From: an uncultured Rhizobiaceae bacterium
GTDB taxonomy: Bacteria > Pseudomonadota > Alphaproteobacteria > UBA828
Assembly: GCA_964413115.1 (NCBI GenBank)
Contig: CAYPSQ010000006.1
Coordinates: 28,506-67,462, forward strand
Reading direction: 5' to 3'
Length of the DNA: 38,957 nt
In this document: positions 1 to 7,718 of the stretch, one piece after another
Layout: each line of letters starts with the position of its first letter
Numbering within the stretch: position 1 is the stretch's first letter
The notes under the pieces: generated by a model
The model's input: only the letters and a program-made list of their open reading frames with translations
Databases searched by the model: none
What the model was told of the DNA's origin: nothing
Made by a program: the position numbers and the translations under genes

Positions 1-1
1 T

Positions 2-64
2 TTTGGTCAGGACCCTGTGTTCGCCGGCGAGAATTATGGCTACGCTGCCGGAGTACTTGATTAG
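2..64 (+). CDS. Possible 3' end of a CDS entering from the left edge (…FGQDPVFAGENYGYAAGVLD*), product unknown
   Basis: Open frame from nt 2 to TAG at 62-64 with protein-like composition; too short to assign. Confidence 0.3.
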   Translation, partial: FGQDPVFAGENYGYAAGVLD

Positions 65-254
65 GCTCCTGGCCAAAGGCTTAACTTAGCCAAGCGGCAG
101 GGGGCTATATAGCAGCAATCAGATTAGTGAGACATCCTACTGGCTTTTGAGAAGCGCTCCCTCTGGCTTTGTCGGTGGCCGATATAATGTGCTGTTTGTG
201 ACAAGATATGATTAGCTTACTGCACCGGCGAATCTAGACAGGGCCTCACAGGTT

Positions 255-1058
255 TCAGTCGTAGGGTGGCTTGGTATGTCCTGCCGGCGACAAAGTAAAA
301 ATCTCGACGCCATCGGCAGTGATCCCAATGGAATGTTCGAATTGAGCCGACAGAGAACGGTCTTTGGTCACTGCAGTCCAGCCGTCCTTCAGCAATTTTA
401 CCTGCCATGTTCCCAGGTTTATCATTGGCTCGATGGTGAATATCATGCCTTGCTCGAGTTTCAGGCCCGCACCCGCCTCGCCGTAATGCACTACATTAGG
501 AGAGTCGTGGAAAATGCGGCCAATGCCATGGCCGCAAAAGTCACGTACCACACTGCAGCGATGGGATTCCGCGTAGCTTTGGATGGCGTGCCCGATATCG
601 CCGAGAGTGGAATTCGGTCCGGCGGCGGCGATTCCCAGCATCATGGCTTCATAAGTGATATCTATTAGACGGCGGGCTTTAGCAGTCGACTTGCCGACAT
701 AGAACATGCGGCTTGAATCACCATGCCAACCGTTCACGATCACGGTCACATCAACATTGATAATGTCGCCATTTTGTAGGCGCTTCTCGCTTGGAATGCC
801 GTGGCAGACGACATGATTTATTGATGTGCAGATGGATTTGGGATAGCCCCGGTAGCCGAGGGGCGCCGATATTGCACCGGCAGCCAAAGTCATGTCGTCG
901 CAGAGGCGATCAAGCTCGTTCGTGCTGACGCCTGGAACGACATAAGGCGTAACATAATCGAGAACTTCGGCGGCCAATCGCCCGGCTTTTCGCATCGCTT
1001 CGAATTCGGCCTCGCCGTGAATCTTAATGCCGCGTTCGACGATTTCTCCGCTATTCAA
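255..1058 (-). CDS. map: Type I methionine aminopeptidase
   Basis: Motifs SICTSINHVVCHGIP, DVTV…GWHGDSSRM, FCGHGIG, FTIEPMIN and SAQFEH; TTG start. Confidence 0.97.
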   Translation of the reverse strand: MNSGEIVERGIKIHGEAEFEAMRKAGRLAAEVLDYVTPYVVPGVSTNELDRLCDDMTLAAGAISAPLGYRGYPKSICTSINHVVCHGIPSEKRLQNGDIINVDVTVIVNGWHGDSSRMFYVGKSTAKARRLIDITYEAMMLGIAAAGPNSTLGDIGHAIQSYAESHRCSVVRDFCGHGIGRIFHDSPNVVHYGEAGAGLKLEQGMIFTIEPMINLGTWQVKLLKDGWTAVTKDRSLSAQFEHSIGITADGVEIFTLSPAGHTKPPYD

Positions 1059-1361
1059 GGAAGCGTCCGCCTAATTTAGAGATCGCTAGCGCTGGTTGGG
1101 TTCGCACAATTTCTATTCTTTCCGATAATGCACGCCGTCGCCGGCGCCGTTGTAATCTGAATTTTGTCTGACCACTGAATAATATAGCAGCTTTGCTGAA
1201 AGTTGAGTTATTCGACGGACTTATATCCTAATCCCAATCGCGCATGCCGCCCAACGACAAATTTATGGTTGTCAACATATGGGGGCGCTGATGGGAAATG
1301 TCATCTGTCGCAAACCCTGAAACAAATTAATTAGCTTACTCTGGCTGGTCTCGCCGGTGAT

Positions 1362-2078
1362 TCAGTCAGGCATTAGAATGGGCAAGCGACGTGCAGCCCG
1401 GATTTCTCGCTTGTCGAGGTGACAATCGTAACACACCGCTTCCACGCCGCTTTTGCTGGCTGCCTTGAAGGCCGCTGCATAGTCAGGGTCGATGTCGCTG
1501 GCAAGAGCAAAGGATTCACAATCAGCGCGCTGCGCAAGATAAAACATTACGGCCCGCCCGCCGGCCTCGGCGACGGCGGCAAGTTCGCGCAAATGTTTAG
1601 TTCCGCGGGCTGTTTTGGAATCCGGAAATTCGGCCAATTTTGCTTGGCGCCGGAGATGAACGTTTTTGACCTCGACATAGCAGGGAGGCGCACCGTCCTG
1701 CTCCAGCAGAAAATCAATGCGTGAATTTTTGCCATATTTTACTTCGCGGCGGATACTGGCGTAACCACCGAGCTCGGATACCCGTCCTGCCGCGATGGCT
1801 TCTGCGACGATGCTGTTTGGCAGCAGCGTATTGATACCGACCAGGCCGTTTTGACTCGCTGCCACGCGTATCAACTCCCAAGTATAGCCAAGTTTTCGTT
1901 TAGGGTTGCGCGCTGGCGAAAGCCAAGTCTCGGCACCGGGATCGGTTAGGCCCAGCATGGCGCCCGGGTTCGCACAATGGGCGGTCACGGTGCTGCCATC
2001 CTCGAGGCGGTGATCGGAGAGAAAGCGCTTGTATCGTTTGATCAGAGTGCCGCGTATCAGCGGCTCGGAAAACTGCAT
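1362..2078 (-). CDS. sfsA: SfsA family DNA/RNA nuclease (sugar fermentation stimulation protein)
   Basis: LIKRYKRFL, AHCANPGAM, SRIDFLL, YVEVKNV and FPDSKTARGTKHLREL; start moved to the ATG at 2078 (MQFSEPL). Confidence 0.95.
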   Translation of the reverse strand: MQFSEPLIRGTLIKRYKRFLSDHRLEDGSTVTAHCANPGAMLGLTDPGAETWLSPARNPKRKLGYTWELIRVAASQNGLVGINTLLPNSIVAEAIAAGRVSELGGYASIRREVKYGKNSRIDFLLEQDGAPPCYVEVKNVHLRRQAKLAEFPDSKTARGTKHLRELAAVAEAGGRAVMFYLAQRADCESFALASDIDPDYAAAFKAASKSGVEAVCYDCHLDKREIRAARRLPILMPD

Positions 2079-2188
2079 GGACCTGAAACTATGCAATGGG
2101 TTGAATTCAGGCAAGGCAAGCCGTTGCTGGGCGGTCAGCAAGCGATGGGCTATGATCCGTGCTCTTATTTTATCCCGGAGTATCTACC

Positions 2189-2986
2189 ATGGCCGATTCG
2201 ACTAAAATCGTTACTGCAGCCCTTCTGTTGATCGGCAATGAACTCCTGTCAGGCCGCACGCAGGACGCAAATCTCAACTACCTTGCGCGCCAATTGACGG
2301 CTATGGGTATCCGCCTTGCGGAAGCGCGCGTAGTGGCGGACGGAGAGGCGGAAATCGTGCAGGCGATCAATGAGTTGCGCGCTCGGTATAGCTATGTTTT
2401 CACCACCGGTGGCATCGGCCCAACGCATGACGATATCACCTGTGAATGCGTAGCTAAGGCATTTGGACGGCGCTATGTTCTGAACCCTGAGGCGCAGAAA
2501 ATCCTAGAGGATTATTATGATGGCTCAGGGCGTGAATTGAACGAAGCCCGACTCAGGATGGCATACACGCCAGAAGGGGCCGAGCTAGTAGAAAACCCGA
2601 TCAGCCGGGCGCCGGGATTTAGAGTTGAAAATGTGATCGTCATGGCCGGTATTCCCGCAGTCATGCGCGCCATGTTCGAAGCGATCGCCCCCAAACTCGA
2701 AGGTGGCGCCAAAGTGAGCGCACGCGCTGTCGCGGTGCTCATGGGAGAGGGCGATATCGCCCGCTCGTTGGGCGAACTACAAGCGCGCAATGAGGGGTTG
2801 GAAATAGGCAGCTATCCGTTTGTTCGCAAAGGCAAGTTCGGCACCACCCTCGTGCTGCGCGGTGTTGACCAGGTAGCGTTGGACTCGGCTGTGGAAGAAT
2901 TAAAGTCCATCCTCAAGAACCTCGGTGGCTCGCCGGAAGACGAGGCCGCTGTTTCCGATGGAAGTTGGCCAAGGCCTGAGGCCTAG
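2189..2986 (+). CDS. Competence/damage-inducible CinA-like protein (MoCF_biosynth domain)
   Basis: IGNELLSGRTQDAN, FTTGGIGPTHDDIT, MAGIP and IGSYP; ATG at 2189 follows GGAG; divergent from sfsA. Confidence 0.9.
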   Translation: MADSTKIVTAALLLIGNELLSGRTQDANLNYLARQLTAMGIRLAEARVVADGEAEIVQAINELRARYSYVFTTGGIGPTHDDITCECVAKAFGRRYVLNPEAQKILEDYYDGSGRELNEARLRMAYTPEGAELVENPISRAPGFRVENVIVMAGIPAVMRAMFEAIAPKLEGGAKVSARAVAVLMGEGDIARSLGELQARNEGLEIGSYPFVRKGKFGTTLVLRGVDQVALDSAVEELKSILKNLGGSPEDEAAVSDGSWPRPEA

Positions 2987-3409
2987 ATTTGAACGACAAG
3001 AGATTAGTCGGAGGCGGATACGAGAGATTCCGAATGTCAGGGTTCATCAGAGACGTGAATGTCTAAACAAATTCATGATATTTTGCGTCAGTTTAGTGCA
3101 CGACAAGGTGAATGCATGTCTATGCGTCATAAAGGCGTAGAGGCGGTAGATGAATTTGTCAGACTGACAGTAAGTAGAAACATAGGACCGTGCCAGATCA
3201 CAATGATGCCATCGTGCCGACGGGCTTAAGGAGATAGCCTTCAACATAATGCAAATCATGGCATCTTTTAGAGTCTGACAGTCCCGTATTTTCACAAGCG
3301 CTGCGCATAACATTACGTTTTTTACTTAAGGTGGCGATGTTCTATGAAGATAAGCAAGGTAGAGAACCAAGTGTACCAAATTTCCGTCATACCGCTATCA
3401 TGTATAGAT

Positions 3410-3625
3410 TTCTGAATAGTAAAAACTTAAATATAAATAATATAGGGTGGTTTAAATACCAAAATACTAAATATTTATAATTATTATATTAAAATAAGTA
3501 ATATAATTAACGGACATATAATATTATTAATTAATAAATATTCTCTATAAGTAAAATTTATAACCCATTTTTCAAAATAATTATTTATTTTATATTTATA
3601 TAATAATTTTCCTCATTCTTTTGAA
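3410..3625. other. Extremely AT-rich non-coding tract
   Basis: Hand count gives 21 G+C in the 180 nt 3421-3600 (about 12% GC), against GC-rich flanking genes. Confidence 0.9.
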
Positions 3626-3632
3626 CATTTGG

Positions 3633-3670
3633 TTGCTTCTCTCTTTTCAAAGTGTGATAAGCGATATAAT
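3633..3670 (+). promoter_or_regulatory. Candidate sigma70 promoter of the tRNA
   Basis: TATAAT at 3665-3670, 21 nt upstream of the tRNA; no well-spaced consensus -35 (TTGCTT at 3633 is too far). Confidence 0.35.
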
Positions 3671-3691
3671 GGTTGACCTGATTGGGTCTGT

Positions 3692-4018
3692 CCGCGCGTG
3701 GTGGAATGGTATACACAACAGACTTGGTTCAAATTAGTTGCTTGAGTGCCCTATCGGAAACGATGGGAGTAGAACGCATCAAATTCGCGGAAACCTTAAC
3801 AGTTTTGGCTGATGGCAATCGCGAGCGAAGCCTACTAATAAGTTCTGGTAGGAACGTGTAGAGACTTGACGGTGCGCACCTACGGTCAAATTCTGGCTAT
3901 GGTGAAGGGAAAGTCCAGACCACAAAGCTCTGCAAGGAGTGGCGGCGAAAGTCGTAGCTTGGTATGAAAATCTGTCCTCCGTAAGGAGATGTCGGTTCAA
4001 GTCCGACCGCGCGGACCA
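3692..4018 (+). tRNA. trnL-UAA: tRNA-Leu(UAA) with intron; exon 1 3692-3725, exon 2 3967-4018, CCA encoded
   Basis: Acceptor stem CCGCGCG/CGCGCGG + A + CCA; D arm GTGGAATGGTATACAC; anticodon stem ACAGA/TCTGT with spliced loop CT-TAA-AA; long variable arm CTCC-GTAA-GGAG; T arm GTCGG-TTCAAGT-CCGAC. Confidence 0.95.
3726..3966 (+). ncRNA. Group I intron (241 nt, tRNA-type, probably IC3), no homing endonuclease ORF
   Basis: Follows exon U and ends in G. IGS GAGT 3744-3747 pairs with exon ACTT; P2 CCTATCG-GAAA-CGATGGG; P3 CGCATC 3775-3780 / GGTGCG 3871-3876; P AAATTCGCGGAAACC; Q GGCAATCGCGAGCGAAG; R GTGTAGAGACTTGACGG; S AAGGGAAAGTCCA; GAAA-capped hairpin in P9. Confidence 0.93.
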
Positions 4019-4026
4019 CCCCCAAT

Positions 4027-4098
4027 CTTTAAAGCTATTCCCACAATCGTAGAACATGAAAATCGAGATAATTCCAACTAAGCTTTAAAGGGTTTTTT
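4027..4098 (+). terminator. Possible terminator or processing stem downstream of the tRNA
   Basis: 10-bp inverted repeat CTTTAAAGCT (4027-4036) / AGCTTTAAAG (4081-4090) followed by GGTTTTTT; the loop is unusually long. Confidence 0.3.
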
Positions 4099-4102
4099 GA
4101 CT

Positions 4103-4525
4103 GCGTTCCACCATACCTCCTGAAACAATTATGAAATTCTCACCGCCAACGTGTTTGATAATGATTCAAGACGGGTCTCAGGCCGTATCACGACTTACTG
4201 GCTGTTCATCAATCCGCCCCTGGGTCGGATTGATGAACAAAAATTAGGTTCGGAATTCTGCCGCAAGGCGTTCATTGGTGACATGATGATTTCACCCGCT
4301 GGCCGCACAAAGGAACCAGCGAGACCCTAGGGTTCATAAAGATATTAATCGATGTCGATGGCGAGTAAATCCTTGGTGCTTCCATTGTAGGGATCGGTGG
4401 CGATGAAAATATCTGCTCGCTCCTTAACGTCATCAATTCAGAAGCGCAGTACCCATTGATTCCGCGCGCTATGCATGACCGAATTGATCCAGACGCTGTT
4501 GGGCGACCAGCAATCGTTCATTTAA
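4103..4525 (+). pseudogene. C-terminal remnant of an FAD-dependent pyridine nucleotide-disulfide oxidoreductase (mercuric reductase/lipoamide dehydrogenase-like)
   Basis: Manual translation AFHHTS*NNYEILTANVFDNDSRRVSGRITTYWLFINPPLGRI / SETLGFIKILIDVDGE*ILGASIVGIGGDENICSLL…RAMH / TELIQTLLGD matches the family dimerisation domain, with stops, frameshifts and loss of the HPT motif. Confidence 0.8.
4203..4239. repeat. Perfect 14-bp inverted repeat with a 9-nt loop inside the pseudogene
   Basis: TGTTCATCAATCCG (4203-4216) and CGGATTGATGAACA (4226-4239). Confidence 0.9.
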
Positions 4526-4616
4526 CGAGCATCGCCTATACCAAAAATTTTAAAGCTTTGGTGGTGGCGGCGAGCTAATCTATTCATCATCTAAGTTTGA
4601 GAGGTGCCAAAATATA

Positions 4617-5366
4617 ATGTTGAAGGATCGTGTGGGACTGGTAACGGGTGGGGCGTCCGGTATCGGGCGGGCGACGGTGCTGGCCATGGCTGCGGCCGGC
4701 GCCAAGGTTCTCGTCGCCGATGTTGATGAAGAAGGTGGTGCGGCGACGGTGCGCCAAGTGCGCGAGGCAGGCGGCGTGGCCGAGTTCCAGCGTGCAGATG
4801 TATCCGATACGGCGGACGTAGATGCCATGTCGGCGCGCGCATTGAGCGCCTTTGGGGGCCTCAATGCCGCTTTCAACAATGCCGGCGTTGAGGGCGATCA
4901 AGCGTCGTTGCCTGCTCAAGACATGGCGCGGGTGCAGCGTGTTTTTGATATTATGATCAACGGCGTATATCTGGCTATGCAGGCTGAGATCCCCGCCATG
5001 CTCGCCGACGGCGGCGGCGCGATCGTCAATATGAGTTCGATGTGGGGTTTGGCCGGCTATCCGGAATGGTCGCCCTATATCACCGCTAAACATGCGGTTT
5101 CCGGTATGACAAAATCGGCGGCACTTGAAGTGGCTGCACAGGGTATCCGCATCAATGCTGTGGCGCCGGGGCCGATCCTCACACCTCTACTGCTGCGCGG
5201 CTGGAACAACGATCCTTCAAAAGCGTCGGGACGGGTACCCATGCGCCGGATCGGCCGACCTGAGGAAGTCGCTAATGCCGTGGTATGGCTGCTTTCAGAA
5301 CAGGCCAGCTTCGTCACCGGCCACATCATGGCGATCGATGGCGGCATGTTGGCCGAGAAGGGTTAA
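4617..5366 (+). CDS. SDR family NAD(P)-dependent oxidoreductase
   Basis: TGGASGIG, FNNAG, YITAK and IRINAVAPG. Confidence 0.95.
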   Translation: MLKDRVGLVTGGASGIGRATVLAMAAAGAKVLVADVDEEGGAATVRQVREAGGVAEFQRADVSDTADVDAMSARALSAFGGLNAAFNNAGVEGDQASLPAQDMARVQRVFDIMINGVYLAMQAEIPAMLADGGGAIVNMSSMWGLAGYPEWSPYITAKHAVSGMTKSAALEVAAQGIRINAVAPGPILTPLLLRGWNNDPSKASGRVPMRRIGRPEEVANAVVWLLSEQASFVTGHIMAIDGGMLAEKG

Positions 5367-5375
5367 TTCGCCGCG

Positions 5376-5498
5376 TTAGGAGCCAAGTAAAAGCTGGTTG
5401 TGCTTGGCCGCGAAGATTGGGGTGGAGAGATTGGCTCTGTAAGCTTCCTAAAAGTGCTCGGTAAAGGTGCCGATTGTTATTCCCGTTACGTTTAGCAT
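5376..5498 (-). pseudogene. Short gene-start remnant (MLNVTGITIGTFTEHF*EAYRA…), possibly the N-terminus of an HD-domain metal-dependent phosphohydrolase
   Basis: Strong SD GGAGGGG before ATG 5498 and an in-frame TAG after 16 codons; family resemblance from memory only. Confidence 0.3.
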
Positions 5499-5527
5499 AG
5501 CCCCTCCCCTACGCTCTCCGTGTCGCC

Positions 5528-6349
5528 TCAGGCGGGTGCCGCGTGTTTCAAATGTGCAACCGCCTGGGCATGCAGAGCTGCATCGCCGGCCGCGACAACC
5601 CAGCCGCCACCATGTATCCGGGCCCCGTCCCAATGGCTGATGATCCCGCCGGCACCCTCGACAATGGGTATCATCGCCTGAATATCCCACGGCATTAAGT
5701 CGCCCTCGATAACCAGATCGATATGTCCCGCCGCCAACAGGGCGTAGTTATAGCAATCACCGCCCAGGCGTAGATATTCGACCCGTGATGCGATCGATTC
5801 AAAAGCGCCACGCTGGGCGTCTGTGTGCATCATATCCAATTCAGTGATGCCTAATCTCGCCTGTTCAAGCCTTGGGCAGGCGCGGGTGCGCAGTTGTTGG
5901 CCATTCAGGGTGGTTTGGCCGGCAACGCCAACAAAGCGTTCGCCGACAAAGGGTTGGTTCATAGCGCCGAGGATGGGGTCTCCATCCTTCAAAAGCGCGA
6001 TCAATGTGCCCCATGTGGTAAACCCGGTGATAAAGGCTTTGGTGCCGTCGATTGGATCAAGCACCCAGACATATTCTGCATCAAGCATTTCGTCACCAAA
6101 CTCTTCGCCTTTGATGCCATGTTTGGGAAACGTCTCGTTAATCAGGGCGCGGATGACTTGCTCGGCTCCTCGGTCCGCTTTAGTGACTGGTGAATAGACC
6201 CCGGGCCGCTTATCGGCCTTGTCAACCACATCTACGGGACTGCGAAAATAACGCTTGATGACTTCACCCGAAGCGTCGCACGCTTTGTGCAGGAGCGTGA
6301 CATAGGCGGAGAGATCATCGGCAGATATATCGGCAATTTCAGTAATAAT
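5528..6349 (-). CDS. Inositol monophosphatase family protein, histidinol-phosphatase HisN-like; probable non-canonical ATT start
   Basis: SPVTKADR, GEEFG, WVLDPIDGTKAF, GGDCYNY and PWDIQA. The frame stays open about 40 codons upstream of the ORF-track start (…LLHKACDASGEVIKRYFRS) with no ATG/GTG/TTG; ATT at 6349/6346 follows GGAGG at 6359-6355. Confidence 0.85.
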   Translation of the reverse strand: MITEIADISADDLSAYVTLLHKACDASGEVIKRYFRSPVDVVDKADKRPGVYSPVTKADRGAEQVIRALINETFPKHGIKGEEFGDEMLDAEYVWVLDPIDGTKAFITGFTTWGTLIALLKDGDPILGAMNQPFVGERFVGVAGQTTLNGQQLRTRACPRLEQARLGITELDMMHTDAQRGAFESIASRVEYLRLGGDCYNYALLAAGHIDLVIEGDLMPWDIQAMIPIVEGAGGIISHWDGARIHGGGWVVAAGDAALHAQAVAHLKHAAPA

Positions 6350-7124
6350 TCACGCCTCCGCACACATTAATCGCTTGTCCAGTGATATAGCGCCCATGCC
6401 GACCGGCTAGATAGACAGCCATATCGGCGAGGCTTTCAGGGCTAATCAAAGCGCCGAGCATGTTGCCGCACATCGTGCGTTTGTAAGCGGTATCGAAGTC
6501 TTCACCTTTTTTATCGGCGGTCTTGCGTATCGCGGCGCTCGCCATTTTCGATTCCGCCCAGCCCGGGCAAATCGCGTTGACGCGTATATCCTGTTCGCCG
6601 ACCTCCATCGCTAGACATTTCATAAATTGCAGCACGGCGTGTTTGGAAGCGTTATAAGCGGTCCATTCAGCGTCTGCCGATTTACCGCTGGTTGAGGCGT
6701 TAAAGAGGATGCATCCGCCGGTGCCCGCATCCAGCATGGCCGGCAGAAGATAGCGAGAAACTAGATAGGGAGCTTTGACGTTAGTATCCATGATGCGGTC
6801 CCACATCTGCTCGTCCATTGCGTAGACCGATGCGGAATCTGCCCATCCGGCATTGTTGACAATGATATCGATACCGCCGAGGCGCGCCAGTGTATCCGCG
6901 CACATGGCCTTGATCTCGGCCGGATTGAGTAAGTCTGCGGCGACGGAAATAGCGTGGCCGTTCGCCGCTTCGATGGTGCGCCGGACCTGAGCCGTGCGCT
7001 CCAAATCGCGGCCGTGCAATGCTACCGACGCGCCTGCACCCGCCAGAGCTTCGGCGATGGCGAGCCCGATGCCGCTTCCTGCGCCCGTCACCAGCGCACG
7101 TTTCCCCCCAAGTCCATGATCCAT
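6339..7124 (-). CDS. SDR family oxidoreductase
   Basis: TGAGSGIG, VNNAG, YNASK and VNAICPG. Confidence 0.95.
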   Translation of the reverse strand: MDHGLGGKRALVTGAGSGIGLAIAEALAGAGASVALHGRDLERTAQVRRTIEAANGHAISVAADLLNPAEIKAMCADTLARLGGIDIIVNNAGWADSASVYAMDEQMWDRIMDTNVKAPYLVSRYLLPAMLDAGTGGCILFNASTSGKSADAEWTAYNASKHAVLQFMKCLAMEVGEQDIRVNAICPGWAESKMASAAIRKTADKKGEDFDTAYKRTMCGNMLGALISPESLADMAVYLAGRHGRYITGQAINVCGGVNYY

Positions 7125-7272
7125 GCCGCGATTTTCCCCTGCCGCGCCACTTGTTCCTAGTCGGAATCTGTTGCGTTGCCAGCTTTAGACCAATCTAATC
7201 GGAATATAAGGGTACGCAATAGATGAAATCTGGCCCGGGACAGCATTATGCGTCCGAAGCTCGGCGGTGGCG

Positions 7273-7605
7273 ATGGATATCAAAAAGGTCAAAGCAGATT
7301 TGGTAGCGCGCCGACAGGCTCTCGTTGAACTTACAGAGGATGCCGAAAGCGCGCAAAAACCTGTCGAGTTAGATCAGACCCGGGTAGGCAGGTTGTCCCG
7401 CATGGATGCGTTGCAGGGACAAGCTATGGCGCAGGAAACCGCCCGGCGGCGCGACAATGAGGTGGTCCGTATCGACGCCGCGCTCAAGCGCGTCGAGCAT
7501 GACGAATATGGCTATTGCCTGGCCTGCGGCGAGAAGATCGCTGCCAAACGCCTGGCGCTCGATCCAATGGCGGCGGTTTGCGTGACCTGTGCCGCCAGCA
7601 AATAG
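7273..7605 (+). CDS. TraR/DksA family C4 zinc-finger protein
   Basis: Coiled-coil with GRLSRMDALQ, then YGYCLACGEKI…RL…P…CVTCA. Confidence 0.9.
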   Translation: MDIKKVKADLVARRQALVELTEDAESAQKPVELDQTRVGRLSRMDALQGQAMAQETARRRDNEVVRIDAALKRVEHDEYGYCLACGEKIAAKRLALDPMAAVCVTCAASK

Positions 7606-7718
7606 CTCAAAAGATTAGGGTTTAACGGTAGCTGGCGGGCTGGTGGCGAGAGATTGGTGCATCACCGAATTATTCGCTATAAGATTGCGCAAACTCGCAA
7701 ATATGGGAGCACAGGTAA

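Noticed and set aside
1059-1361. 300-nt spacer between sfsA and map as a riboswitch or sRNA
   Set aside because: No recognisable conserved motif or convincing stem pattern by eye.
3410-3625. Replication origin or CRISPR leader
   Set aside because: No perfect DnaA box seen, no repeat-spacer array and no cas genes in the window.
3779-4057. 92-aa minus-strand ORF over the intron, considered as a homing endonuclease
   Set aside because: It is antisense to the intron and tRNA exon 2, and has no LAGLIDADG, GIY-YIG or HNH motif.
4203-4244. 14-bp hairpin as a classical intrinsic terminator
   Set aside because: No U tract follows it on either strand (A tract on the plus strand).
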